Part shown: in pieces, positions 9,559 through 19,573 of the stretch
How positions within the stretch are numbered: position 1 is the first letter of the stretch
How the letters are laid out: each line of letters begins with the position of its first letter
Origin: an uncultured Armatimonadetes bacterium
Lineage (GTDB): Bacteria; Armatimonadota; UBA5829; DTJY01
Direction of reading: 5' to 3'
Length of the DNA stretch: 64,000 nt
Assembly: GCA_963717145.1 (NCBI GenBank)
Contig: OY970325.1
Location: 160,001-224,000, forward strand
Translations under genes and position numbers: made by a program
The notes under the pieces: generated by a model
Told to the model about the DNA's origin: nothing
Seen by the model: the letters and a program-made list of their open reading frames with translations, nothing else
Database searches by the model: none

Positions 9559-9632
9559 ACATTGTTCAGCCCGCACATCTGAGGTCGGATAGAAGAGTAT
9601 CAAGGTGCGTTTCGCGGGCTCTCTACGCTCAC

Positions 9633-9661
9633 ATTATACCCGAAACCCCGCCTTTCGTCAA
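9633..9661 (-). promoter_or_regulatory. sigma70 promoter of ssrA
   Basis: Minus strand TTGACG-N17-TATAAT. Confidence 0.75.
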
Positions 9662-9739
9662 TGGATTTGGAGTTCCGAAGCCCGCACATCGTATGGTATA
9701 CTGGGTTGGGATGACATCAGCACACACAGGAGTCCTGCA

Positions 9740-10108
9740 ATGGAAGACTGGGTTCTTGGCAAACCAAAGCCGGTAATGAACGGATTGGCACTCTGGTCGT
9801 ACCGACTGGCAACCTGGCCGCTGGCCGTTGGCGTGACCGCGGTGATCCTCATTTTCCTGGCGACATCGGTGCCCTGGTTGGCGAGCGGCTTGGTTGACGA
9901 CATCTTCCTTTGGGTAGCCATGGCGCTGCTCCTGTATTCATTGGTACTGGCTCCGCTGGGCCTGCTGCTCGGTATTGCCGCCCTGGTTCAGACCGCGCGC
10001 TCTGAGCGATACTGTGGGCGCGAGTATGCGAAGGTCGCGGTGATCGTGGGCCTGATAGTCTGCGCATACGTCATTCTGATGTACGTGGAAGGTTGGCCGA
10101 GGACATGA
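9740..10108 (+). CDS. Small membrane protein (DUF4190-like)
   Basis: Three hydrophobic helices; LGLLLGIAAL...GREYAKVAVIVG pattern; AGGAG RBS. Confidence 0.65.
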   Translation: MEDWVLGKPKPVMNGLALWSYRLATWPLAVGVTAVILIFLATSVPWLASGLVDDIFLWVAMALLLYSLVLAPLGLLLGIAALVQTARSERYCGREYAKVAVIVGLIVCAYVILMYVEGWPRT

Positions 10109-10839
10109 ACGAGAGCCGCGAACAGCGTAGCATGTTCAGCGTCCCGGCAGTGTCGTCTCTATGGGCGGCACTTGCCGGCTTCGGCCTGCCGACCGCACTC
10201 CCGTTCGCCATCCACGGGTGGGAACCCGGTTCAGTCGGGATGGTTGCGGTGCTATCTGGTGTGGTCGGCCTCATCCAGGCCCGTCGCAAGCTTATTCGAC
10301 GGAAAGACTCTTACTATGCTGCGGGAGGCGTGATCCTCGGTTGTGTGCTGATCGTCATGTGTGGATACGGTTTCTTCGGCCCTTATGGGCACAGCCCGCG
10401 GAGCGCGTGCTCGAACAACCTGAAGCAGATCGGTATGGCGGTTGAGGTGTACAGAGACAATCACAGCGGCAAGTTTCCGCCGGTCGGAAGCTGGAACAGC
10501 GCCGTGATCAAGTACTCGGACCACAAGAGCATCCTGTACTGTCCCGAAGCCGACAAGTCGATGCCGTCGTATGCTATGAACAGCCGGCTCTCCGGAGTTA
10601 CTATCGACGATGTGGCGGACCCATCGGCGACTGTTCTGGTGTTCGAGTCCATCCCGGGCAAGGACCTCTTCGGCGGGCCGGGGCTTCTCCCATCACCAGC
10701 ACGCCATGGCAGGTCCGGTGATCGCTCCTATGTCGTGCTTTTCTGCGACGGACACGTCAAATCGCTGAACAATGAAGAGATCGGTGGGCTCAACTGGGAC
10801 CCTAAGAAGAAAGGCAAACCTGCTTTGCCAAGGAGTTGA
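10105..10839 (+). CDS. Membrane protein with DUF1559 / H-X9-DG-like domain
   Basis: CSNNLKQIGMA, SYAMN, RH...VVLFCDGHVK. Confidence 0.8.
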   Translation: MNESREQRSMFSVPAVSSLWAALAGFGLPTALPFAIHGWEPGSVGMVAVLSGVVGLIQARRKLIRRKDSYYAAGGVILGCVLIVMCGYGFFGPYGHSPRSACSNNLKQIGMAVEVYRDNHSGKFPPVGSWNSAVIKYSDHKSILYCPEADKSMPSYAMNSRLSGVTIDDVADPSATVLVFESIPGKDLFGGPGLLPSPARHGRSGDRSYVVLFCDGHVKSLNNEEIGGLNWDPKKKGKPALPRS

Positions 10840-10841
10840 AA

Positions 10842-11198
10842 ATGACAACCGACCAGATGAGAGCCCCGTGTGGGATCGACTGCTCGACCTGTGCGATACA
10901 CATCGCCGCCCAGGATCCGGCCGCGGCCGAGAAGCTCGCCGCGGAGTGGCGTGCAGGAGGTATGGAGAAAGCCCAAGCCGGCTGGTTCAAGTGCCAGGGA
11001 TGCCGCGGCGACCGAAGCCTCTGCTGGTGTGACGACTGCAAGGTCTACGCCTGCGCCGTCGAGCAGAAGGGACTCGATCTCTGCTCCGAGTGCGAAGAGT
11101 TCCCGTGCCGGCAGTACATCGACTGGATCGGCCCGGATGCGCACCACCAGGCGGCCTTCGAGTGGCTGAAGTCGACATGCCGCCGGGAGAACCAATGA
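10842..11198 (+). CDS. DUF3795-like Cys-rich protein
   Basis: APCGIDCSTC...CQGC...C..YAC...CSECEEFPC. Confidence 0.8.
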   Translation: MTTDQMRAPCGIDCSTCAIHIAAQDPAAAEKLAAEWRAGGMEKAQAGWFKCQGCRGDRSLCWCDDCKVYACAVEQKGLDLCSECEEFPCRQYIDWIGPDAHHQAAFEWLKSTCRRENQ

Positions 11199-11740
11199 GA
11201 GAACGAATCATCATCAAACCGTATGATCCTGAGTGGCCGGAAGTGTTTCGGCAACTCGGCGCATCTCTCCGGACCGCTGTGGGTGACGTCGCCCTGCGGA
11301 TCGATCACATCGGCTCGACGTCCATCCCAGGCATGGATGCCAAGCCGATCATCGACTTGCAGATATCGGTCGCCTCGCTCGATCCGGTGGACCCTTTCCG
11401 GATCCCGCTAGAGACCGTCGGTTTCGAGTGGAGAGCGGACAACCCTGAGCTGACGAAACGCTATTTCCGCGAGAGACCGGGAACGCGCCGGACGCATATC
11501 CACGTAAGGAAGCATGGGAGTTTCTCCCAGCAATTCCCGCTGCTCTTCCGTGACTACCTGCGCGCTCATCCGGACGAAGTGCGACCATACGCCGAGATGA
11601 AGTACCGACTCGCAGAACAATATGGCGAAGACCGGGAAGGCTACACCATCGCAAAGGGTGATTTCGTGTGGGCGGTCATCCGGAAGGCCGACGAGTGGGC
11701 GCAGGACATCGGCTGGGAGCCGGGTCCTTCGGATGCATAG
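11195..11740 (+). CDS. GrpB family protein
   Basis: YDPEWP, IDHIGSTSIPGMDAKPIIDL, LFRDYLRAHP, YTIAK. Confidence 0.9.
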   Translation: MRERIIIKPYDPEWPEVFRQLGASLRTAVGDVALRIDHIGSTSIPGMDAKPIIDLQISVASLDPVDPFRIPLETVGFEWRADNPELTKRYFRERPGTRRTHIHVRKHGSFSQQFPLLFRDYLRAHPDEVRPYAEMKYRLAEQYGEDREGYTIAKGDFVWAVIRKADEWAQDIGWEPGPSDA

Positions 11741-11752
11741 TAAGGAGAGATC

Positions 11753-12718
11753 ATGACTAACATATACCTGCTCTGTCTTGTTTTGCTCGCATCGGCGGCG
11801 GTGGCACAGGATGCCCCGAAGCCGCCGAAGCCTGTTCTGCCTCCCGCGCCTGAGGGCGTCATCATCCGGCAGGACGTGCCGTATCTCGCGCCTGGTCGAG
11901 ACGAGAAGCTCGACCTCTACCTTCCTGCCGACCGCCCGAAGGATGCCCGCTCGCCGGCGGTCGTCATGATCCACGGCGGAGGATGGGTCGGTGGCGACAA
12001 GGCCGAAGGGCGCGGGTACAACATATGCGCGACTCTGGCGCTGGCGGGATACGTCTGTGTGAGCGTCAACTATACCCTCGAACGCGGGAAGTGTTGGCCG
12101 CTCAACCTCTACGACTGCAAGAATGCCGTGCGCTGGCTTCGTGTCAATGCCGACAAGTATGGGATCGATGCCGACCACATCGGAGTCATCGGCGGATCCG
12201 CGGGAGGCCATCTTGCGCTCATGGTGGCCTACACGAACCACGTGCCGTTCCTCGAACCGGCGTCTCCGTATCCGCTCGTGTCCGACAAGGTCCAGTGCGT
12301 CGTCGATATGTATGGCATCACGAATCTGCTTACCCGCCAGAGGATCGATGAACAGGGCAACCCGACCGGTGTGACCTTCACCAGTCAGGCTCTGATGACG
12401 AAGACGCGCGATGAGGACCCGGAAGCATGGAAGCTCGCCTCTCCGACGTACCATGTGTCGAAGCGGAACTGCCCTCCGACTCTCATTCTTCACGGCACGG
12501 CCGATGCGACCGTCGACCGCGATCAGGCCACCGAACTGGCGAAGAAACTGGAGGAGTGTGGTGTCGAGCACCAACTCATGATGATCGAGGGAGTCGGCCA
12601 TACCTTCGACCTCCAGACCTGGGCGAGGAAGCCGCTGCCGAACGACCTTCGCCCGATTGTGACTGCCTTCTTCGACAAGCACCTGAAGAGGCAGTCAGCG
12701 GCGACCGATGAACAGTAG
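11753..12718 (+). CDS. Secreted alpha/beta hydrolase (esterase/lipase)
   Basis: HGGGW, GGSAGG nucleophile elbow, HGTAD, GH. Confidence 0.9.
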   Translation: MTNIYLLCLVLLASAAVAQDAPKPPKPVLPPAPEGVIIRQDVPYLAPGRDEKLDLYLPADRPKDARSPAVVMIHGGGWVGGDKAEGRGYNICATLALAGYVCVSVNYTLERGKCWPLNLYDCKNAVRWLRVNADKYGIDADHIGVIGGSAGGHLALMVAYTNHVPFLEPASPYPLVSDKVQCVVDMYGITNLLTRQRIDEQGNPTGVTFTSQALMTKTRDEDPEAWKLASPTYHVSKRNCPPTLILHGTADATVDRDQATELAKKLEECGVEHQLMMIEGVGHTFDLQTWARKPLPNDLRPIVTAFFDKHLKRQSAATDEQ

Positions 12719-13586
12719 TGATATGGAAGAATACGCACAGACCGCAACGGAAGAGATAGCGGACGAGCAGACGGCAACCGAGGAGGCTGAGATCGAGCAT
12801 CGGAAGCCGAAGCTGGAGAGCAGGCTCGGCGGACTCGGCGTGCTCCTGGTACTCCTGTTCAAGTTCAAGGGCATCATCCTGCTCGTGCTGGCAAAGGCCA
12901 AGTTCCTGCTCATCCCGCTGAAGTACCTGAAGGTCGGCCAAGTCTTCACCACGATGGGCAGCATGCTCGTCAGCGTCGCGGTCGATGCCATGCTCTGGGG
13001 CTGGTGGTTCGCGGCCGGATTCGTCGCGCTGCTGTTTGTGCACGAGATGGGCCATGTGGTCGCTCTCCGGGCGAAAGGGATCAAGGCAAGCGCGCCGATA
13101 TTCATCCCCTTCATGGGTGCGGTGATTGGCCTGAAGGAGATGCCTCACGACGCTAAGTCGGAGGCCGAGGTCGGGATCGCCGGGCCGCTGCTGGGGACGC
13201 TCGGGGCGTTTGTCTGTCTGCAGATCGGACATCTGACGGGCATGCAGTTGCTCGTCCGGCTCGCGTACGTCGGCTTCTTCCTGAACCTCTTCAACCTGCT
13301 TCCGGTTCTCCCGCTCGACGGCGGTCGGGTGATGGCGGCCATATCGCCGAAGGTCTGGCTCGCGGGGATGGTGCTCGCGGTGCTGCTCTTCATCTGGAGT
13401 CACAGCCCGATCTTTCTGATACTGGTCGTCATGTCCGTTGGCCGGATGTGGCACACGATCAGGTCGAAGCCCGAAGACCTCGATTACTACAATGTCCCCC
13501 GCGAAGTCAGAATCCGCATGACACTCCTCTATTTCGGCCTCGCCGCGTACCTCGGTGTGATGCTCATGCAGCTTCGGCATCCGTAG
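12708..13586 (+). CDS. Site-2 protease (M50 family)
   Basis: HEMGH, AGP, FNLLPVLPLDGG. Confidence 0.9.
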   Translation: MNSSDMEEYAQTATEEIADEQTATEEAEIEHRKPKLESRLGGLGVLLVLLFKFKGIILLVLAKAKFLLIPLKYLKVGQVFTTMGSMLVSVAVDAMLWGWWFAAGFVALLFVHEMGHVVALRAKGIKASAPIFIPFMGAVIGLKEMPHDAKSEAEVGIAGPLLGTLGAFVCLQIGHLTGMQLLVRLAYVGFFLNLFNLLPVLPLDGGRVMAAISPKVWLAGMVLAVLLFIWSHSPIFLILVVMSVGRMWHTIRSKPEDLDYYNVPREVRIRMTLLYFGLAAYLGVMLMQLRHP

Positions 13587-13640
13587 GCCGTCAGTCGGTT
13601 TTGTGGTAGAATGAAGCATCAAGTGACATAGGGAGTCATC

Positions 13641-14102
13641 GTGAGACGTACTGAGCGAGTATATGTCGATACATCGGTGTTCGGCGGAGTCTTTGACGAG
13701 GAGTTCGCCAAGCCGAGCAGGGCGTTCTTCGATATGGTTCGGGCGGGGCGCGTCGAACTGGTTGTGTCGGCGCTCGTCGAAGATGAGGTGACTCGGGCTC
13801 CTTCCGAGGTTAGCGGATTGCTTGATGAGATGCTGTCCCTCGCCGATGTAGTAACTCCTACCGATGAAGCAGTATCACTCATGCAGGCTTACATTGCCGC
13901 TGACGTGCTGTCCGGACGATGGCAGGATGACGCTCTTCATGTGGCGCTGGCTACAGTGTCGGGTTGCACACTAATCGTGAGCTGGAACTTCAGGCATATC
14001 GTGAACTACCGAAGAATCCCGAAGTACAATGCAGTGAACGCACTGAACGGCTATGCAGCCATAGCGATCCATTCTCCGTTGGAGGTGACGGGTGATGAAT
14101 AA
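13641..14102 (+). CDS. PIN-domain (VapC-like) ribonuclease
   Basis: VYVDTSVF, DDALHVALA, IVSWNFRHIVN. Confidence 0.85.
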   Translation: MRRTERVYVDTSVFGGVFDEEFAKPSRAFFDMVRAGRVELVVSALVEDEVTRAPSEVSGLLDEMLSLADVVTPTDEAVSLMQAYIAADVLSGRWQDDALHVALATVSGCTLIVSWNFRHIVNYRRIPKYNAVNALNGYAAIAIHSPLEVTGDE

Positions 14103-14271
14103 GCCGAAAAAGAAGTTTGATTGCGTGGAGATGATGCACCAAGGCGCAGAGTATGTGCGGGAACAGACCAAGAGCATGTCGCCGGAACAGGAGTTGGAGT
14201 ACTGGCGTAAGAGGACGGAAGAGCTGTTGGCACGGAAACAAGGGCTCTCCAAGGTCCGCAAGGCCTCGTGA
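14095..14271 (+). CDS. 58-aa protein, putative antitoxin partner of the PIN protein
   Basis: Read by hand: MNKPKKKFDCVEMMHQGAEYVREQTKSMSPEQELEYWRKRTEELL...; GGAGG RBS; overlaps the PIN stop. Confidence 0.65.
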   Translation: MNKPKKKFDCVEMMHQGAEYVREQTKSMSPEQELEYWRKRTEELLARKQGLSKVRKAS

Positions 14272-14612
14272 TGGACAAGTACGGCTGGGCTACGCGTGAC
14301 TGGGACAACTATGATTGGGACAGCATGTCACCCGAGGAACTTGAGGCATACCGAAATATGCCTCCGGGGGAAAAGCTTCGCCTTGCTATGCAGGTGAGCG
14401 AAGCTGCCCGAGAGCGAATGAAGGCGGACATCCGTGCAGAGAATCCCGACTTCACCGAGGAAGAGGTGTTCAAGGAGTTCATACGACGCACCCTTCCGGC
14501 AGATCTCGTCAAGAAGGTCTACGGTTGGGAAGGATATCCGAGCGACAAGGAAGACGAGAGGGAGACGTGCAGGAAGCTACGTGAGCAACTCAATCGTACC
14601 GTGGACAAGTGA
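14271..14612 (+). CDS. Hypothetical small helical protein
   Basis: TGATG coupling with the upstream ORF; YRNMPPGEKLRLA...IRAENPD. Confidence 0.65.
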   Translation: MDKYGWATRDWDNYDWDSMSPEELEAYRNMPPGEKLRLAMQVSEAARERMKADIRAENPDFTEEEVFKEFIRRTLPADLVKKVYGWEGYPSDKEDERETCRKLREQLNRTVDK

Positions 14613-16059
14613 ATACGAAGATTACCTCCGCGATGAGTCGCGGCGGGTGGGGAGCGCCGACTCGATCTCGTTCCCGACGAGCGAGGCCGATGTCGTCGAG
14701 ATCGTGAAGGCGGTGAGCGAGCGGCGCGGGAAGATCACCGTTCAAGGCGCTCGGACCGGCATCGTGGCCGGCGCGGTCCCCCAGGGCGGTCACATCCTCA
14801 ACCTCAGCCGCATGAACAAGATTGGCGATGTGAACGGCGACTCCATCACAGTGCAACCCGGCGCGATCCTCGACAACATCCGCGAGGCGATCGAGAAAGA
14901 AGGGCTCTTCTTCCCTCCGGATCCCACGGAGTCCACGGCATCGATCGGCGGGATGGTCGCGTGCAACGCATCCGGCGCGCTCAGCTTTCACTACGGATCG
15001 ACCCGCAACTGGGTGCAGTCCCTCCGTATGGTGCTCAGCGACGGCGACATCATCGGTCTCCGCAGAGGCGAGTGCTCGGCGCGGGGGCGATCGTTCTGCC
15101 TGACGACTGAAGGCGGCCGGACCATCAGCGGCGACCTTCCGACATACGCCGTTCCCAGCGTCAAGTCCGCGGCGGGCTACTACGTCGCTCAGGACATGGA
15201 CATGCTCGATTTGCTGATCGGCATGGAGGGCACGCTCGGCATCATCACCGAGATCGAGTTGAGGCTGATCCCCAGGCCCGGCGCGATCAACGGACTGACC
15301 GTCTTCCTGCCCGATGAGGACTCGGCGTTGAAGCTCGTCCGAATCCTACGCGAGGAGTCAAACCCGGTCGCCATCGAGTTCTTCGACCACGATGCTCTCG
15401 ATCTGCTTCGGCGGATGAAGACCGAGTCATCGGCGTTCGAGAAGATCCCGGCGCTCAAGCCGGAGTTCCATACGGCCATCTACGCCGAGTTCCATGCCGA
15501 CACCGACGAGGAGATCGAGGAGCCGATCATGGCGATCATGGAGGCGATCATCGAGCTTGGTGGCAGCGACGAAGACACCTGGTACGCGACCAACGACCGC
15601 GAACTCGAGCCGCTCAAGGCGTTCCGTCATGCGACTCCCGAGGCGGTCAACCTGCTGATCGACCAGCGCAAGCGTGACTGCCCCGAACTGACCAAGCTCG
15701 GGACCGACATGTCCGTTCCCGACGCCCACATGGAGTCGGTCATCGCCATGTACGACGCCGATCTTGCGGAGAACGGGCTGGAGTCGGTGATGTTCGGGCA
15801 TATCGGAAACAATCACGTCCACGTGAACATCCTGCCCAGGAGCATGGACGAATACGACACGGGCAAGGCGCTCTACCTCGCATGGGCTGAGCGGATCGTG
15901 GGGTGGGGCGGATCGGTCTCCGCGGAACACGGGATCGGCAAGATCAAGGTCCCGTTCCTCCGCATGATGTACGGTGACGATGCCATCGCCGAGATGCGCG
16001 CCCTCAGGTCCCTCTTCGACCCCGATGCGATCCTCAATCCCGGCGACCTCTTTCCGTAG
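14581..16059 (+). CDS. FAD-binding oxidoreductase (GlcD / D-lactate dehydrogenase-like)
   Basis: GARTGI, PPDPT...SIGGMVACNASG, GMEGTLGII, GHIGNNHVH, SAEHGIG, DP..ILNPG. Confidence 0.9.
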   Translation: MSNSIVPWTSEYEDYLRDESRRVGSADSISFPTSEADVVEIVKAVSERRGKITVQGARTGIVAGAVPQGGHILNLSRMNKIGDVNGDSITVQPGAILDNIREAIEKEGLFFPPDPTESTASIGGMVACNASGALSFHYGSTRNWVQSLRMVLSDGDIIGLRRGECSARGRSFCLTTEGGRTISGDLPTYAVPSVKSAAGYYVAQDMDMLDLLIGMEGTLGIITEIELRLIPRPGAINGLTVFLPDEDSALKLVRILREESNPVAIEFFDHDALDLLRRMKTESSAFEKIPALKPEFHTAIYAEFHADTDEEIEEPIMAIMEAIIELGGSDEDTWYATNDRELEPLKAFRHATPEAVNLLIDQRKRDCPELTKLGTDMSVPDAHMESVIAMYDADLAENGLESVMFGHIGNNHVHVNILPRSMDEYDTGKALYLAWAERIVGWGGSVSAEHGIGKIKVPFLRMMYGDDAIAEMRALRSLFDPDAILNPGDLFP

Positions 16060-16081
16060 GGGAGGGCTTCAACGCCCTCCC
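16056..16081 (+). repeat. GTAG-type REP-like palindrome
   Basis: GTAGGGGAGGGCTTCAACGCCCTCCC, identical to 23994-24019. Confidence 0.75.
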
Positions 16082-16143
16082 GCCGCGTCGGCGGGGAACT
16101 TGTCCGACCCCCATGCGTAGTAAGATTGGTGGAGGCACAAGCA

Positions 16144-16588
16144 ATGAGCGACACCGATCCCTGGGTATTCCTTCCTGAGCGCGAGCCCGTTCCCGAGACA
16201 CCGCCCCAGACTACCCGTGAGGTCATCCGCTGGTGGGAGCGCCGCAGGCTTTTCTACAATCTGGTCGTTCTCTCGCTGATGGCTCTCTTCTTCGGTGCCC
16301 ACGCGCTGGCCTATCCTTTGCACGCCAAACATGCAGGTGAGATGTCTCGAATGGAACCTGGCCATTCTATTCACGGGCATGTACACAGTGGTATGCCTCA
16401 TCGCGGCGAACATCGGCTATACGTTCGGGTGGATTGCGGAAGTCACGCTGCGGCTAGTGCTCAAGTACAGGGCTCCTCGGTTCGGACCTGTCGCTTTCAA
16501 GGTGGGCGTCATCGCTTCCACCGTGCCCACTCTGATCTACCTTGTCTTCCACATCTCATGGTGGCTGAGTGTCGGTCCAAGACACTGA
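16144..16588 (+). pseudogene. Membrane protein, frameshifted near 16350
   Basis: WWERRRLFYN plus a TM helix in one frame; further TM helices (ANIGYTFGW) in another frame. Confidence 0.55.
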
Positions 16589-16660
16589 GTCCGATGCTTC
16601 ACTAGTTCATGTTGAACCCATCATCCTCCATGCGGTAGAATGTCCTCCTGGAGGAAGCTG

Positions 16661-17683
16661 ATGGAGACAACCCGCCTCGGACGCACCGGCTTGACGGTTA
16701 CGCGCACCTCGTTCGGCGCTTTGCCACTCCAGCGCTGTGACATAGACGAGGCCGCCCGGATCCTCCGCCGAGCGTACGACGCCGGCATCAACTTCTTCGA
16801 CACCGCGAGGGGCTACTCCGACAGCGAGGAGAAGATCGGCCATGCGCTCTCCGACGTCCGCGACTCGATTATCCTCGCCACCAAGAGCGGCGCGACCACC
16901 AGGTCGGCCCTCCTTGAGCAGCTCAATACCAGCTTGACCAACCTGCGCACCGACTACGTCGACCTCCTGCAGCTTCACAATCCGGGCGCGCTGCCCGACC
17001 CGGACGATCCCGACTCGTCCTACGCCGGGCTGCTCATCGCGAAGAAGGCCGGGAAGGTCCGGCACATCGGCATCACGAACCACCGCCGGGATATCGCCCT
17101 CGCCGCCGTCGATTCGGGCCTCTACGAGACGCTCCAGTACCCCATGTGCCACCTGTCGTCGCCGGAGGATGTCGACTTGGTCGATCGCTGCAACTCGGCG
17201 GACATGGGGTTCATCGCGATGAAGGCGCTCTCCGGCGGGCTGATCACGAACGCTCGGGCGGCGTTTGCTTTCTTTCGCCAGTACGAGCACGCCGTCCCGA
17301 TCTGGGGCATGCAGCGCATGTCCGAGCTGGAGGAGTTCATCGCCCTGGAGGCGAACCCGCCGTCCCTGGAGGAGATGTGGCCGGTGATCGAGCAGGACCG
17401 CCGTGACCTCGCCGGCGACTTCTGCCGGGGGTGCGGATACTGCATGCCGTGCCCGCAGGAGATCCCGATCTCGATGGCCGCGAGGATGAGCCTGCTCCTC
17501 CGTCGAATGCCTTACCAGGGCTTCATGACGGACCGGTGGCATGAGCAGATGCACCGGATCGAGAGTTGCACGGAATGCGGTCACTGCCGGGAGCACTGCC
17601 CATATGGCCTCGACACGCCGGCCCTGCTCCGGAAGCAGTTGGTCGACTACGAGGTCTTCTATCAAGAACACGCAAACACGTAG
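16661..17683 (+). CDS. Aldo/keto reductase with C-terminal 4Fe-4S dicluster
   Basis: GINFFDTARGY, LATKS, DLLQLHN; CRGCGYCMPCP and CTECGHCREHCP. Confidence 0.92.
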   Translation: METTRLGRTGLTVTRTSFGALPLQRCDIDEAARILRRAYDAGINFFDTARGYSDSEEKIGHALSDVRDSIILATKSGATTRSALLEQLNTSLTNLRTDYVDLLQLHNPGALPDPDDPDSSYAGLLIAKKAGKVRHIGITNHRRDIALAAVDSGLYETLQYPMCHLSSPEDVDLVDRCNSADMGFIAMKALSGGLITNARAAFAFFRQYEHAVPIWGMQRMSELEEFIALEANPPSLEEMWPVIEQDRRDLAGDFCRGCGYCMPCPQEIPISMAARMSLLLRRMPYQGFMTDRWHEQMHRIESCTECGHCREHCPYGLDTPALLRKQLVDYEVFYQEHANT

Positions 17684-17746
17684 GGGCGAAGCATTGGCCC
17701 ATCGGATTGCACCGAGCTTGCGGACCTTATCGCCTGTGCTTCGCCC
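17680..17746 (+). repeat. GTAG-type REP-like hairpin
   Basis: GTAGGGGCGAAGCA...TGCTTCGCCC. Confidence 0.6.
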
Positions 17747-17848
17747 GCTTCTTGAGTGATCTTGCCTCGAATTAGTGGGCACCGGATAATAAGAGATGAG
17801 GTGACCCAAGATGAAGAGGCAGTATTCAGAAAGCTTCAAGGCGGAGGC

Positions 17849-19325
17849 GTAAGAGTTCACGATCATTGATAGTCTGAGCAGGAACCTTGGAGCGGACTGT
17901 CGAATGGCAGGTTGTGAACGATCTCGGCAACCTATCAAGAGAAGAACTGATCGGCATCGTCCTGGAGCAGCACCAGGCCGTCCTGGAATTGCGTGAAGGC
18001 GTGGACACCCTCACCGAACGCGTCCGAGCGCTTGAGAAGGAGAATGAAGAACTCCGGTCCAAGCTCGGTGGCGGCGGCAGGACGATACCTGCCTTTGTGA
18101 AGGCAAACCGGCCCGAGCGCAAGAAGAAGGATCGCAAGAAGCGGCAGAAGTCGTTTGCACGGCTGAGGGAGACTCCGACTGAGATCGTGGATCACGCGCT
18201 CGACACCTGTCCCGACTGCGGAAGGAAGCTCTCCGGCGGCACGGTGCATCACAGCCGGCAGGTGATCGAGATACCGGTGATGCCGGTCAGGATCATCGAG
18301 CACCTGGTGATCGGACGGTACTGCGGAGTCTGCCACAAGATACACGTGCCGAAGCTCGACCTCTCCGAAGAGGTGGTCGGGACACACCGGGTGGGCATCC
18401 GGCTGATGAGCCTGGTGAGCTATCTCCACACGGTCGGTAGAATGCCGGTCGAGCGTGTGCAGAAGCTTCTGGAATCACTCTACGGTCTGCATCTCGGGCT
18501 CGGAGAGATCGCGAAGATACTCCAGAAGGTGGCCTCCATGGGCAAGCCGGAGGTAGAGAAACTTCTGCAAGCAGTCAGAGGAAGCCCTACGGTGAACGCG
18601 GATGAGACCGGCTGGCGGGAAGATGGGAAGAACGGATACATCTGGAGCTTCACGACGCCACGCGTGCGCTACTTCGTCCGAAACAAGAGTCGGAGCGGCC
18701 AGGTCGCAAAAGACGTGCTGGGAGAGGACTACGAGGGTGTAGTCGTAAGCGACTTCTACTGCGGCTACAACGTGCTGCTCGGTTGGCATCAGCGGTGTTG
18801 GGTGCACTACCTGCGGGACTTGCGAACGCTCGTCGAGGCGAACCCTGACAAGAGAGGGGTAGCAGTCTGGGCCGGCAAGGTCAAGGCCGTTTACAGGCGC
18901 GCGAAGGCATTTTCGGGCGATGATTCGAAGGCCCGGCAGAAGCGGCGAATCGCATTCGAGGACGAGTTGCTTCGACTCGCCAGACCATATGTGAAGCGGG
19001 ATGTTCCGCAGAGGATACTCGCTGAGCGGATCGAGAGATTCCTGCCGGAGCTGTTTGTCTTCGTAGAATGTCCGGAAGTACCAAGCGAGAACAATGCGGC
19101 CGAGCGAGCGATCCGGCCTGCGGTAACAGCTCGCAAGATCAGCGGCGGCACACGATCGGCCAAGGGATCTGAGACCCGCATGGCGCTGATGAGTCTATTC
19201 GGAACCTGGCACTTGCGTGGTGAAGATGCGATGGAGTCATGTCGGCGAATGCTCGCGGGCGTTCCTCAGACACTCGCGACCGATCCAGCCTGACAACTTC
19301 ACTATCAACGATCGTGAACTCTTAC
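17849..19325 (+). mobile_element. IS66-family single-ORF element (ISBst12-type organisation)
   Basis: 25-bp IRs GTAAGAGTTCACGATC.TTGATAGT (24/25 match); 8-bp TSD GCGGAGGC (17841-17848, 19326-19333). Confidence 0.92.
17887..19293 (+). CDS. IS66-family transposase (TnpC-like)
   Basis: Coiled coil; CPDCG...C..C zinc finger; NADETGW, VSDFY, CWVH, NNAAERAIR. Start uncertain (GTG 17914 also possible). Confidence 0.92.
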   Translation: MERTVEWQVVNDLGNLSREELIGIVLEQHQAVLELREGVDTLTERVRALEKENEELRSKLGGGGRTIPAFVKANRPERKKKDRKKRQKSFARLRETPTEIVDHALDTCPDCGRKLSGGTVHHSRQVIEIPVMPVRIIEHLVIGRYCGVCHKIHVPKLDLSEEVVGTHRVGIRLMSLVSYLHTVGRMPVERVQKLLESLYGLHLGLGEIAKILQKVASMGKPEVEKLLQAVRGSPTVNADETGWREDGKNGYIWSFTTPRVRYFVRNKSRSGQVAKDVLGEDYEGVVVSDFYCGYNVLLGWHQRCWVHYLRDLRTLVEANPDKRGVAVWAGKVKAVYRRAKAFSGDDSKARQKRRIAFEDELLRLARPYVKRDVPQRILAERIERFLPELFVFVECPEVPSENNAAERAIRPAVTARKISGGTRSAKGSETRMALMSLFGTWHLRGEDAMESCRRMLAGVPQTLATDPA

Positions 19326-19573
19326 GCGGAGGCGGTGAAGTTGGCTTTTTCCGGCAGGGCGAGCAAAGCTCGGATCGCAAAGGAACTGGGAGTCAACATC
19401 AACAGCCTGGACGCCTGGATCAGGAAGTACAAGGAGAGCCTGGGAGAGATCGATCCCAGGAAGAGAGAGTCCCTTGAGGACGAAGTGAAGCGTCTCCGCA
19501 AGGAGAACGATCTCCTCCGAGAGGAGAGAGACATATTAAAAAAAGCGGCGGCGTACTTTGCGAGGGAGCAGCA

